A stretch of DNA of 64,000 nt from Callorhinchus milii (GCF_018977255.1 NW_024704742.1:47990001-48054000); one strand, 5' to 3'. Counted from the stretch's first letter, positions 1 to 13,227 are shown. The notes: generated from the sequence alone by a model not told the origin. Made by a program: numbers and translations.

Positions 1-1089
1 ATTTACTCTTACCGAGGTAGAACACCTTACACAAGCAAAATGCTCTACCTTGGCACCAGACAAATTTTCCTAGCTTACTTATGCTAAAAGAGGATTGATG
101 GTTTTTTTTAATGAAAAAGAGAGAAGGATATGGAAAAAAAGAAAAGCAGATGGAGTGAAGAAAAAATATGCTGATTTAGATTTAGAAGAAAATGAACAAT
201 GTACAAGACTTGGATATTACACAAGATCAAAACGTTCTTCAAGATGCAATTATGCTACAATAATTTAACTTTTAAATTCCAGTTTCAAAGACTAGGCTTT
301 TTTTTTCTATAGTTTTATCATCACAGGTTTAGGAAATGGGATTCTAGTGAATTTTGAAGTAAAATATTATAACTTTGTGGGTACTTGGCTCTTAATTATT
401 TAACAACTAGTTGTTTATATGCACTAAAATCCAAATATGCTAGTGCTGTAGTCAAGTGAGCACTATTTAAATTCATGGAGGAAGAATGAAAACTGATGGA
501 GTTTACAGACCAGGTTACTAAGACTGGTGCCGAGTTTGATGGTCTCAACCGGGTTACATGGGAGGGAAAAACACTCAGGCTCCTGGTCTCACTACATCAT
601 CATCTACTGGTTGTGCACATGTGTGACAGCTGGGTGGGGTGGGATTAGGCTCGGCTGTGATGATCTCTACAGTCAAGTGGCCAATGAATGATGATTCAGG
701 CACTGTACAGGAGGCCTATGCCTATGGAACCCAGCGAGAGAAGGTCAGACCAGAAGAGAGAGGCTTATGCCAGTGGGCAAAATTTTTTAAATAGAATTGG
801 ATACTAAATTTATAGGGGAAAAAATGGGTTTTGGTTCCACACAGTACAATGTTATAAGGTTACGACTTAAGCTTGACTTCTGATTAATGTTAATTTATTT
901 TGATGAGTCAAAAGTGAAAGAACAAACCAAATGTACCTTTATTCCAATAGATAACATTGTGCATTTATTGTTACATAAATTTGAAATAAGAGAAAGTCTT
1001 TTTAATGCAATTAGTTAAGCAACTAAATTATACGCAATTGAATGAAAGACACCACATGTTAACATGTTTACTTTCCAAAGCATACTTAC

Positions 1090-1138
1090 TTGCTATTGCC
1101 ATCAGTTTGGCAAACATGGCATTATTGTTAGCCTCTGA
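1090..1138 (-). CDS. PDS5A: PDS5A exon 15 (49 nt): SEANNNAMFAKLMAIA
   Basis: Manual translation; ttgcag|TCA and A|gtaagt. Confidence 0.95.
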
Positions 1139-1344
1139 CTGCAACAAAACAAAATATTTGAAATTATAAAAATGTTCTTCAGTTCAAAATAATTGTATAA
1201 TAAATATTTGTAGTTAATCTTTCAATATTTAGAAACTGTTGCTTCACCATAATCTAGCAAGTATCCTGTTGTTTGAGCTTTGAGACGTTTCGAGCTTTGA
1301 GACATTTCGTAATAAGGCCCTATATCAAATGCAAGGAATATTAT

Positions 1345-1570
1345 AAACAAAAACAGAAGTCGCTGGGAACACTCAGCAGGTCAGGCAGCATCTATGGAGA
1401 AAGGAAAGTGAGTCAAAGTTTTGGGTCCACGACTCTTCGCCAGTGGCGTTCTGACCCGAAACGTTGACTCACTTTCCTTTCTCCATAGATGCTGCCTGAC
1501 CTGTTGAGCGTTCCCAGCGACTTCTGTTTTTGTTTTCAGATTTCCAGCATCTGCAGTGTTTTGTGTTTTG
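1345..1570. mobile_element. Inverted pair of Penelope-type pLTR fragments
   Basis: ~83-bp arms 1345-1427 and 1453-1535; same family as 22283-22390. Confidence 0.75.
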
Positions 1571-2405
1571 CAAGGACTATTATTATTATTTTTTCATCGT
1601 AATGATCACCTGCAATTGCTTAAACACTCTTTTGTCCAGCTCAACATACCGTATAAAGTTTCTACTCATAATGTTTCAGCTTCTTTTCCATTTCAAATTA
1701 ACAGAATTGGGACAAAACATGCATACACTGTTGATTCATTCTAATGGCCGATCAACAATAGAGATCAAGGGGAAAATACATACACAAAAGCATAGGAACC
1801 ACAAGATGAGAAACGACAGCTCCTGCTATAGACTTTGCGAAATCTAATCATATAATGATTTCTGCATCACTTACTTAATCTCAATTTTAGGCTCTAATGA
1901 AGCTTGCATTAGTAGAACTGCATCCTCTATTTCTACACTTGTAGTCAGATAGTTTTGTTTATTTAAGTGGTATCACCTTGAATCTCAAGGAATAAAACAT
2001 TTGCAATTTATGTAGCATGGGTGAGGAATGTATGCCAAATGCACGATAGAACTGCTCTATGTATGTCTGTAAGCAAATACTTGTGAAGAGGGTGAACCTC
2101 CTTAATGGAATTTAAAAAATATTTCAAGGTAGTAAAGGACAAATATTTAGCATCACATATCTTGGAATGTTAAATAGAAATATTTTTAATATAATAATAA
2201 TAATCCTTGCATCTGATATGACACAAATAACATTGAATAGGTCTGGGAGTGCTTCACAACATTTCTTTAACATATAGTGACTGCATTTGTAAGCAAATGG
2301 AACAATTGAGCAATGCAATGTGGTCTCCTTCTGAGCTAGCTCCAAGGTGGTATATTTGGCAAAGGTATATTGGAATTGAATTAACCCTCTGTGGTAATTT
2401 GCGGG

Positions 2406-2824
2406 ATAAATCCTTGCATTTGATATAGCACTTTTTCCTGTCTTCTAGATGTCTCAAAGCGCTTCACAGAATATACTGTGAAGTGAATTGACTGTATATT
2501 TGTGGGTGAAATGTGGCAGCCAATTGCGCACAGCAGTATCCCACAAACAATCACGGATTCAGTGACCAAATTATTATTTTATTTATTTTGTGAGGGATTA
2601 TTATTAGGCGTGTGGAGTAAGGAAACTTGCCCAAGGTTTCGCCCTGCCGGGAATCAAACCTAGGTCTCTCACTTGCGAAGTGAGTGCTGTAACCACTGAG
2701 CTACAGGACTCCACAATGGATACAGATCCATTGGGTCTGCAGTACAAGGCACTGCTAATGATGGACCAGCCTCCTTGTCAGCAGGATTTGGGAGGGGCGA
2801 TTCATTGGGTGCACTTGGCTGCTG
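2406..2824 (-). mobile_element. Same SINE family: second head plus linker of the dimer
   Basis: Reverse-complement match to ~58438-58855. Confidence 0.87.
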
Positions 2825-2953
2825 TTATCCCTGCAAGCCAAAGCTCTGATAGGTAGGGTGGTCCTTGCTGGACCACCCTACCAATCAGAGAGAAGAATAT
2901 GCATTCTGTTCCAGACACATGGAACTTTCATGCACACACGCATACATATGCGG

Positions 2954-4445
2954 AACAACAACACACAACATTACATTTGTAAAGTGCCTTTCAAGTAGTG
3001 AGGACATGCCAAGGAGCTGGACAGACAGAGTTACGGACCTGAGCTGGGGTCCGGGAGGGTGGGAGGGAGGCAGGGGGAACAGAAGCACGGTCGAAGAGGA
3101 GGGTCTTGAGATGGGTCTTGGAAGGTGGCGAGGGAGGGGGTGAGGTGGAGGGACTGCGGGTTGGAGTTCCAGATGGTGGGGGCAGAGTGTCGGAAGGCCC
3201 ACCCACCCATAGTGGGGCGAGCAAGGCGAGGGACGTGAAGCAGGCCTGAGCCCGCTGGTAGGGGGTTAGGAGGTCGCAGAAGTAGGGGGGGAGCAGCAAG
3301 ACCGTGGAGGGCTTTTAAGGTGAGGACCAGGATCTTGAACTGTATCCTCTGTGTGATGGGATGCCAGTGGAGTTGAGCAAGGATGGGGGTGATAGGATCG
3401 CAGAGCCTAGTGCGGGAGAGGACAGGGGCTGCAGCGTTCTGGATGATCTGCAGCCTGTGGAGGGAGGACTTGGGGAGGCCGACAAGCAGTGAGTTTGCAG
3501 AGTCGAGCCTCGATGTAATGAAGGCATGTATGAGGGTATCAGTGGCCTGTGGCGTGAGACAGTGTCGGAGCCAGGCGACGTTGCAGAGATGGGGGAAGGC
3601 AGACCGGGTCATGATGCAGATGTGGGGTAGAAAGGATAGTTGAGGGTCAAACAAGACCCCAAGGTTCCGGACTGGCTCAGTGAGGTGGAGGGTGCAACCA
3701 CGGACGGTTATGTTGTCAGCGCCTGAGGTATGGAGGCGCTGATGGAAGCCAATCAGGAGAGCCTCGGTCTTGTTGACGTTGAACTGAAGAAGGTTAATTC
3801 TCATCCAGGACTTGATGTCTGACAAACATTCCGTCAGGACAGCAGTGGTCCTGGAGTCAAGGGTGGAGACAGAGAGATATAGTTGGGTGTCATCTGCGTA
3901 CATGTGGAATTTGACCCCATGTCTGCGGATGATGTCAGCAAGAGGGAGCATATAGATGTTGAAGAGGAGGGGACCGAGGACAGAGCCCTGAGGAACGCTG
4001 TACAAGACAGTCCGGGGGCTAGAGGAGAAGCCGTTTGTGGAGATGAAGTGCAGGCGGAGTGAGAGGTACGACCTGAACCATTCAAGGTCAGCGAAGTGGA
4101 GATTGAGGTGAGAGGAGAGGCGGTGGATGAGGACAAAGTGGTCGATGGAGTCGAAAGCTGCAGAGAGGTCAAGGAGGAAGAGGAGGCAGAGGGAGCCCTG
4201 GTCGCAGATGGCCAGAATGTCATTTGTCACTTTGACCAGCGCTGTTTCTGTGCTGTGGGCAGCACTGAAACCTGATTGGAGGGGTTTGAGAAGGGAGTGG
4301 TGGGAGAGGAAGGAGTGAAGCTGAGAAGCAACAACTCGTTCCAGGACCTTGAGAGGAAGGGGAGGTTGGAGATGGGGTGGCAGTTAGGGAAAAGGGTCCT
4401 GGGAGGGTTTTTTAAGGATAGGAGTGATGACAGTGTTTTTTAAAG
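2954..4445 (-). mobile_element. L2-clade LINE, 5'-truncated, with a 399-aa RT ORF (3031..4230)
   Basis: LLDLSAAFD, VPQGSVLGP, YADDTQLY, LIHAFITSRLD motifs; L2 3' stem-loop and TTG tail. Confidence 0.93.
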
Positions 4446-4549
4446 GAGAACTCAAGCTTGCTTGGATACTCAAACATGGTGTTAGGTTTCAGCATGTGTC
4501 AACACACAGCTGACCCTAAAAACAGATGAGTAATGCTCGGAATACTTAC

Positions 4550-4631
4550 TGCAGGCTGTTTATGCAGGTCTAGCAATTCCCGAACATGACTCCGTAACAT
4601 GTTTTGGCACTTCCACATTTCATTCAATGCT
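4550..4631 (-). CDS. PDS5A: PDS5A exon 14 (82 nt): [27 protein letters not shown]
   Basis: Manual translation; ccgtag|A and GCA|gtaagt. Confidence 0.96.
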
Positions 4632-5424
4632 CTACGGGCAAAATTAATATTGAGAGCTTTAGTATAAACTCAACATATTTCTAATTTCATGTAAAAAAAA
4701 TTAAATTCATATTAATTGCTCCAACACTGGTGACAAGTAATGCTATTGACAAATATTAATATTACATATTGATGTTTACACTCAGTTTTTGGAAGAAATT
4801 TAGCTTGTTATAATCTTGTGATTATGCGGGGGCGGAGAGAGAAAAGGCACGGGGGAAGTAAACAATTAAAATTATTTTATCCCTTTAACAGACAAACTAT
4901 TTTATTCCCTTAATGACATTTTAGTCAGCTGATGTTTCTAACTGTATTTGTAACACAACCTCCTGTTCTACCTTGAAACTATAACATGTAGTCTAGTTTG
5001 TTTAGCTTTCAGTTTGGGACCAAAGTCTGTGTTTGAATCTCAATAAATTCACTCAGTCTTTTGAACTCAAATAAAACAAGCCAAATCATCCGATTTACTC
5101 ATTAAAAACAAAACTGGTGCTACCACCAATGCACAAAGTCAACAAAATTGTAAAGTTTTGAATGGAAGAAGGCAAATACAATATCCAATATCAACTTCAA
5201 CAATTTAACTAATTCTAGCTTTAAATTAGTTTAAATGAAGTTTAATGAAGGAAATAATTTAAATAATTAAATAATTCACTTTGGCAGGAAAAATAAAGAA
5301 ACTCTTTTGTTTAGATGGCAGGAACCTAAGGAGTAAAACAATCTGGGAAATCTCTAAAGTAGCTAGTCAGGTAAATAACGCTATAATAATAAGGCCAATA
5401 GTGTGGATATTTTGTCCCTTTTTT

Positions 5425-6210
5425 AGCTGGAAATGTTTAAGAGGGGACCCAATAGAGGTGTTTAAGGATATAAAAGAGTTTGATAAGGTGAACATAAATA
5501 GGCCATTTTCACTGGTTGGGATGTCCATAACCAAGTATAAGATAACAACCAAGGGATCTAAGATCTACAAGAGAATTTAGGAGCAATTTCTTCAGAGGGT
5601 AGTGAGATTGTGAAACTTGCTGCCTGAAGCGGTGGTTGAATCATATATTATGGATGAATTCAAGAAGATAGACCTTCACATAAGGGAGAAGGGATTGGAA
5701 GGGTGAAGAAATGGGTGAAGAGTTATGTGGAATGTAAACACTGACATGGACTGGTTGAGCTCAGTGTCATGTTTCTATCTTGTACGTTATTTATAAATGA
5801 GGATGATTCCCAGTGTTGGAGCAATCAGCTATGAGCAATGATTGGACAGGTTCAGCTCTCCAGTCTTGAAAGTAAACAAATCAGAGGGGACTTGGATTTT
5901 AAAATTTAAAATGGGATTGACAAGGTAACCCCAGAACAATACTTCCAGATGCAACAAGACAGTAGAAAAAGTAGACATGTGTTCAGAGCTCCAAAGGTCA
6001 ATTTCAGCACAGACACCAGAAAATACATCTTAATCCAGAGAATAATTAATGAATGGAATAGGTTGCCAGGAAGGGTGGTTGAGGCCAGGACACTGAATTC
6101 ATTTATAAAACAGCTTAAAGTGTGATGGGAAGATGGTAGGGTTCGTATTCTGGAAGGACAAGATCAAACAAGCTGAAGGGCCTTCTTCTTAACCAGTCTT
6201 GTGATCATAT
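5425..6210 (+). mobile_element. Two old CR1 3'-end fragments; others at ~21640-21990(-), 24140-24545(-), 25580-26060(-), 45930-46200(+), 59440-59790(-), 60950-61300(+)
   Basis: LRGDPIEVFKDIK motif and similarity to the 39980-40370 end of the long CR1. Confidence 0.7.
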
Positions 6211-6315
6211 AAATACAGGTGATTTTAATCAGACCATGTTTCACTAAATTTAAACCTTAAATGTTTGTGCATACAAATAGTTTTGTAACATAAATATTTG
6301 ACAAACAATACTCAC

Positions 6316-6429
6316 TTGACTGCATTTGGGTCCAAGGAAGCATAAAGATAATAAAGACATTTCATTCTTTCTTCAGTCTCCAAATTATGGGGTACAAGGT
6401 ACTGGGCGAAGATCTTTTCCACCAACAAC
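6316..6429 (-). CDS. PDS5A: PDS5A exon 13 (114 nt): [37 protein letters not shown](K)
   Basis: Within ORF 6312..6563; ggttag|G and AA|gtgagt. Confidence 0.97.
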
Positions 6430-7345
6430 CTAACCAAACATGGAAATATAATGGTTACACAATGGCACAAATGAACCTTCAGCTTACACAATCTTGTTAA
6501 GCCAGAGCCTCCGAGTGAGAGGTAAGCTGGGTCTCCTTGGGGCTCCAAAATGAGGATTGACAACTGAATGTTGAATTGGAATTAATGGCAGCCTCAGTAG
6601 TCTGTTTGTTGAACCAGTTGGATTATCAGTATTCCAGAGCACTGCTGATGAGACCAGCCAGGCTTGCCGAGCGGCAGGACTTGGAAGAGCAGACCAATTA
6701 CTGGGGCCAAGAATTCTTTCTACATGACTTCGTTTAATCCCTCTAGCCAAAGTCCAAACATGTAAGATGGTCCTAACTGGATAAACTGTTGGAAACCTGT
6801 AAAACAGTACACTGTTAAAACTTTAGAATACCCTAACACACATTCTTGGAATCCCCAAGCCTCATCTCTCGCTAACATGCATTTAATAATTCCACCAGAG
6901 AGAGTGTGTGTGCATTCTAGTCCAGAAATTTCAATGCATAATTGGCATATATATAATATATATATGGAAATCTTGTCTGGTTTGGATACACCTAAGCCAG
7001 ATAAGGGGTATCCACATGTGTACAAACCCTGTTGAGCAAAAATCCTGACAAATTCACATAGATAATTGCTATGAATTTTAAAACTATTTTTCAGAGCACA
7101 AGGTTCAAGTTGAATCAATAGAACTTGCTCATCAAAAACAAACTTTTTGTTAGGTATCAATGACATTTTGTCAGCAAGAATAGTACAGTGCTAATCTAGA
7201 GTATATCTGATCTTGGAAACTTCAGCTGTAATTGAGAAATGCATTTGATGCTCAATAATCAAATTATCTTCTAGAAGATCTTAAATCAGATGAATTATGA
7301 GACCAGCTACGCCTAACGTCTGACTGGACATCTATGGCAAATATG

Positions 7346-7962
7346 CAACAACAACAAGATTGCATTTATAGAGCGCCTTTCACGTCGGGAGGACGTCCCA
7401 AGGCGCTGGACAGTTGGGTCGGGACCCGAGCAGGGGGAAATGGTCAGGGTGAGGTGAGGGAAGGGAGGGGGCGAGGAGGGGGTAGAGAGTCGAGAGGGGA
7501 GCTAAAGGCACGGTCGAAGAGAAAGGTCTTGAGAAGGCCTTGAAGGAGGAAAGGGAGGAAGCGGCGAAGGCACTGGGGGATAGAGTTCCAGAGCCGAGGG
7601 GCTGAGAGGCTGAAGGCCCGGCCACCGATGGTAGGGCGGTTGGGGCGGGGGATGTGGAGCAGACCGGAGCCAGAGGAACGGAGGGTACGGGCAGGTAAGT
7701 AGGGGTATAGTAGGTCGGAGAGGTAGGAGGGAGCAAGGCGTGAATGGCCTTGTAGGTGAGGATGAGGATCTTGAATTCGATCCTCTGGGGGATGGGGAGC
7801 CAGTGGAGGTGAGCGAGGGTGGGAGTGATGTGGTCGCGAAGCCTGGTGCGGGACAGTACACGAGCTGCAGAGTTCTGAATGACCTGCAGCTTGTGGAGGG
7901 AGGTGCCGGGAAGGCCGGCGAGGAGAGAGTTCCCATAGTCCTGCCTTGAGGTGATAAAGGCA
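7346..7962 (-). mobile_element. L2 LINE 3' fragment
   Basis: RT C-terminal motifs (LAPSYLSDLL, GGRAFS), stem-loop and (TTG)n tail. Confidence 0.9.
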
Positions 7963-9052
7963 ACTCAAAGGCAACATACAATAGGTCATTTATGCTTGGT
8001 TGTTTTTATTAAATAAAGCAAGTTATATAAATTTGCCTTATAAGTGCCGTGGAACTGATATTAATTGGCAATTACAGAAAACTCCTGATAACTTGACCCT
8101 GCCTTAACTACCACTTAAGTCATCGTGCTGTTAATATCCCAACGCCATTTATTTATGGATTCATACATATTTATTTATGTATGCATATAAATTATTTATG
8201 GATTCATACAAATACCTAATTTGTTACTCCTGATAACTTGTCACTTTTTCCCTTTGAACAACTGGAGTTTACTATATACCTCAAATAAGTAAAAATGGGA
8301 AATTTTTGAAACCAACTTTCTTGATTTTAACCTTAAGCACCTAGGAGTTACTACTGGTACAGCGATAGAGCAGTTATCCCCTATGCAATATAATAGATCC
8401 TCAAATGATGCCTTGAAGAAATAGTTCCTATGCAGATGAAAAGGCTATTTTTAATATGAGACTGACGTCTCAGAAAAAAGGAGTGTTGACTTTTGTTTAG
8501 GGAGTGCTGAAGAGTAACAAAGTTATTTGCAGAAAGAGTCAGCAGTGAACTTAGTAGCAGATGGGTAGGAACTTCTGTCGGATCTGCTAAAGAGGAAGAG
8601 ATCCAGTAAAGTTATAAATAGCAAAGAATCCAAAATTACTAGAGGATATAGTCTGGGAAAATGCTTCAGTAAAATGCAAAAAACGTACATGGTATACAAA
8701 AAAGAAAATAATTTGATTTCCATATTTTGGCATTAACCATCCCCTTTTAATAATATGGAGAATCTATTAAGACAGTAATCTGAACAACATAGTGAGAGTC
8801 AACACTGACAAAGATTAAGCAATCTATTCAGATGACCCATAAGACAAAGTGAAGAATTATTTAATAATGGTTTATTGTGAGATGATGTGCCACAAAGCGC
8901 ACCTCATAATAATAACTCATTGTAGTTTCAAAGATATTGCAGCACTATTCCAACCATTGTTCTTAAATAATTTACATTCTGAAATTAACTGATACCATCT
9001 GTTGTTTTTTTACCAGGCTAACTTGTACCTGACATGTTACAGATTGACCTAC

Positions 9053-9204
9053 TTGTCATCAATGCTGTTCTGGTAGTAGATATGCAGGAGTTTATCTTTG
9101 ATCCAGTTAACATTTTGTGCAGCTTCTTTCCCAGCCTCAGCATGAAGACAGTACTTTTTGTACAGCTGGGCCAAACCCATCATTGCTTCCTTCCGCACTC
9201 GCCA
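9053..9204 (-). CDS. PDS5A: PDS5A exon 12 (152 nt): [50 protein letters not shown](K)
   Basis: Within ORF 9049..9246; ttcaag|TGG and AA|gtaggt. Confidence 0.97.
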
Positions 9205-11364
9205 CTTGAAATGGAAAATAAAATAAAACCAGTCAGCTACACACAACCGTTAAAATCAGGAAGGCAGAACAAGGATTTTATTATTTTAATGTGGCCCTGT
9301 TTTACTCTCACAGGCATTAAAGGGTTTAAGATAGCAAATCATTGAATAACCCCTCACCAAATCGCCTTTCCTATGAATCACTGTTCAGATTGGTAACAGA
9401 GCAGTGTAGTATTTCACGTTTACTTCCACCCACCCAATCCGCAGGGATCCACAGTACTGCTCAATACAATACAACGGCATACTGCTGTTCTTTCAGTTAT
9501 TATCTGCTTTAGTTTTATGTGCTCCTCCTCTCCTGAAGGCATGAACTGGTGTTGGATATAATTTTATATGCCAGGGCACCCTTTGGTGGTAATTTGTTCA
9601 AGTGGCCATTCTGCATGGGTGATGAGATGCAGGCTGTTAGACAGCGAGGCTTTCTAACCAAATCTGTCACCACCCCATGTAAATAAATGTATATTTTCCA
9701 AAAGGAGTCACTGTATAGGATCATGAGTGGAATTCCAGCTGACTTTTGTTTTTCCAACCCAGGACATTAAGTTGGTTGTAGCAGCCCTATTGTTGGGGAG
9801 CATTGGCTTTGCCAACTGATCTATTAGTGGAGTCTTTTCATTCCTTCTAATGTAGATTGACTTTCACGCAGAAGGAATAGGTGATTCTAAATTTAGAAAG
9901 GGCAAGAGAAAAGAGGAACAAGAATGATGTCCTTGAAAAACAAATGATTATTGGAACCAATCAGGGTACTTAAAGACAATTTTGAAGCAGAGTGACTGTG
10001 CCATACCAGTTCTAAAGACCACATTACCTTGATCTCAATACTTAAAAAGTTAAAGGAATCAATAATCAGAAGCAAAATGGAATAGTACATATATAGAAAG
10101 AAAACAATAAAAGACACCAAATAAGAATATAGTACTATGTCTGATCAATTCGGACTGTGTCTGATCAACTGTGCATTTTTGAGGCGAGATCCGAAATTGA
10201 CAACAGAATGCTTCAAATAAAACCCTCTTTGAGATCATCAAAAATTCATGAGAAAATGGATTACCAACCGACCACAAAGTAGCAGGAATGAGGTCAAAAG
10301 TACTACTGGTTGGATGTAAACATAGAAACTATACACATTATATAGAATTTGACAAGGGGTAAGGTGAAAGACCTAGGTGTGTACTCGATTGTGTACAAAC
10401 AAAGTGGTGGTTGACTTAGAAAACCAACTTGCTACAAACTGATGTTTTTGAGAAGATGTATGCAAGGAACTTATATAAAAAAACATGATTTTTAAAGGTC
10501 AGAACCTAGTTTGTGGAAAAAAAGATGCACAGCAAGCAATTTTTGAGTGATGGGTATTTGTTCTTCACTATTGTCGTATACTGCAATCATGGAGTTCAAT
10601 TCCTTCTTCAAGAGCCTTCTTATTTGAACTCCTTGGTTCGTGACCAATCTCAATCAGATTGGCCAAAGTTTATCAGTGAGTTCTGTGGCAAATGTTACTT
10701 TTTGTCAATACTTCACTAACTTTTGAGTCTTACCAGCCAAGACCAAAAGAGGTATTGCTCGTCAATGTTTCAGTCCAAAAGTTGAGTAATTCTGAAACAT
10801 TTTTAATCTGCAGTGGGCCTCTAAAATAAGGTGTTCAGTGGCGGAATTGAGTCAATCTTCTGTGGTGATCTTGAGCCATGTGGTTCCGCAGTACTGCAGA
10901 ACAAACCAACCAGCCTGACTCATCAGTGGGACTTGATACGGCAGGGCTTCTTCTCATTTAGTTCCTGTTAACTCTCCAAGCCAAAGCCCTAATGTGTAGG
11001 GTCGACTTAGCTGGACAAGCAGTGGGAAGCTTGCCAGACAGTGCTTTTAATGGCAAGGTAAGGCATTTTAGCTAGTTGAACTCCAGCAGTCACCAATGTA
11101 CCCTTTGGAGTCCTCACACCTTGAAGCAGGACATATTTTTTGTGTGGCAGATTGTGGTTGCTCAACCAAGCACACTTATACTCATAAACACTGTATAATG
11201 TAAGATACCAATACCACAAGGTGGCAGTGTGCAGACATTTCATAAATTTGCCCCAACACCATTATACCCAAGGTAAAGTAAACAGTTCTATTCTTGGCAA
11301 ACGTGCAAGTAGGTTCAGCTGAGTGTTAAAAAGATAAACCAATTGTTGCTATTTAAAAACACAC

Positions 11365-11510
11365 CCTTTTGTCCAATGTTCTCTCCCTCACAAACCCAAG
11401 CAGCTGGTCATTCACCAGGGACAGGTCCTTCTTTCCAGCAGTTATTATCGTAACAATAACATCATGTCGGATTGCTTCTTCAGGATCATGTGATCGGACC
11501 TTCAAGAACT
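11365..11510 (-). CDS. PDS5A: PDS5A exon 11 (146 nt): [48 protein letters not shown]
   Basis: Manual translation; caatag|AG and AGG|gtgtgt. Confidence 0.96.
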
Positions 11511-11599
11511 CTATTGATAAAAAAATAATTTATAAATATACAACGCTTTACTCTGGACCACTGTAAGCATTTAATAGATCACAATCAGTTTTGACCTAA

Positions 11600-12068
11600 A
11601 CAAATAGGCCAAATAGGACTCTTCAAACTCTACCAACCTATCTGCTCCCTCTGCTCAGCAGGCACTGGCTTGCTTTGTGACCACCACCCCTGCCTGCCTC
11701 ACCATTGGCAGTCAGGCCTTCAGCCTATCTGCCCACACTCTCTGTAACTCCACCCTAAAGTCCCTTCACATTGGCTCCTTCAAAGTCCATCACAACACAT
11801 TCATCTTTGACAGCACCTTCAGTTATCTTCCCACCCCAATCCCCCAGTGCCTTCGCCTTGCTTCCTCCCTTTCCTCCTTCAAGGCCGGTCTCAAGACCTT
11901 TCTCTTCAACCGTGCCTTCACCTCCCCTCTCGACTCTCTACCCCCTCCCTACCCTCACCCTGACTATTTCCCCTCTGCTCGGGTCCCGACCCAACTGTCC
12001 AGCGCCTTGGAACATCCTCCCGACGTGAAAAGCGCTTTATAAATGCAATCTTGTTGTTGTTGTTGTTG
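11600..12068 (+). mobile_element. L2 LINE 3' fragment; older end followed by a younger end
   Basis: QAFSLSA, FKAGLKTFLF, stem-loop, (TTG)n. Confidence 0.88.
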
Positions 12069-13132
12069 GCCCCACTCCCCAGAATCTACCCCAGCTCAGG
12101 TGCAAACCCTTGAGTGTCTTCTTGCACCTTCGGATGTCCTCTAATTCTTAGAATAATGAAAATAAAAACATTATAACTTGAATGGACCATTTTGGAATCA
12201 ATTTATGTCCTGAGCTTACTCACAGGTCAACTCCAGCAGTTTGAATGCCCCTTCTATGATCCACTCTATGACCCACTATTGATTTATACCTGTTGACTTT
12301 CTTTTGAGGACTTTAAAGACTCACAACCCTTGTTCATTTTACTGGCTTGCTTTTTAAATTATTTCAAAAATGCCTACCTTATTACAAAAAGCCAACGATC
12401 CAAAAATTCTATAAATCTCAGGAACAAATTCAGTGTACAATATCTGGCTGGCCTGCACTAATTAATTTTTAAAGGGCTAAAAGTAAAAATAAATTCAGTT
12501 AAAACATTTAATAACCAAGCAGATTACCAATTAACCCTGATGTTTAGCGCTTTGAAGTTCAAAATGCTAATAAGGGTGCATACTCCTGAAGAACAGAACA
12601 CAACTGGCAGTGCCCAAAGCATTAGGGAACTCAAAAGTCCAGAGGGATATTGCTACATTTGAACCAACTAAATTGTGCAACTTGTCAGGACGAGTCACTG
12701 GTAAGCTTTCCTATGCTTGTCTAACTATGACCATCTTGTAAGTGAGCCTGTTGCCTTGCAAAACTATCAGGAACTGAGGAGTGACAAGAACTCCCCTCCA
12801 GCCCCAGCAATTTGCCAATTGCTGAAGTCCCATTGATGAGGCAAGTCAACTATCAAGAGAACCCTTGAATTCTATATAACGTCCTGGGTGAGGTACTGGA
12901 TAAATGAGTCTGCCCCAGAAAGTTGAATCAGCTTTGCTCTTCTTTTCGTTAGGCACGTCACTATGGAACCAGCACAATTTACCTCCCAAAGATAATATTC
13001 ACACAGGCCACTAACTGTATTTAGTGATCTTATGGAAATGGTTAGAACAGAGCACCACAAGGCAGGAATATCACCCAAAGTGTTAAGAAACTTCATTGTT
13101 ATAATGACTTCCTAAAAATTTAAGCATCTCAC

Positions 13133-13227
13133 CTGTAAGATCTTTGGCTAAGTCAGGATGATTCATCAGACAATGACTTGCGAACTTCACACACTCTAGT
13201 CTCACTGGAACATGAATGTCATTAAAC
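13133..13227 (-). CDS. PDS5A: PDS5A exon 10 (95 nt): [31 protein letters not shown](E)
   Basis: Manual translation; ctacag|G and G|gtgaga. Confidence 0.97.

Noticed and set aside
6641..6680. CTGATGA hammerhead-like starts (also 42886, 53416)
   Set aside because: No helix II followed by GAAA
8081..8240. 15-bp direct repeat ACTCCTGATAACTTG around AT-rich duplications
   Set aside because: Consistent with local slippage; no identifiable element between the copies
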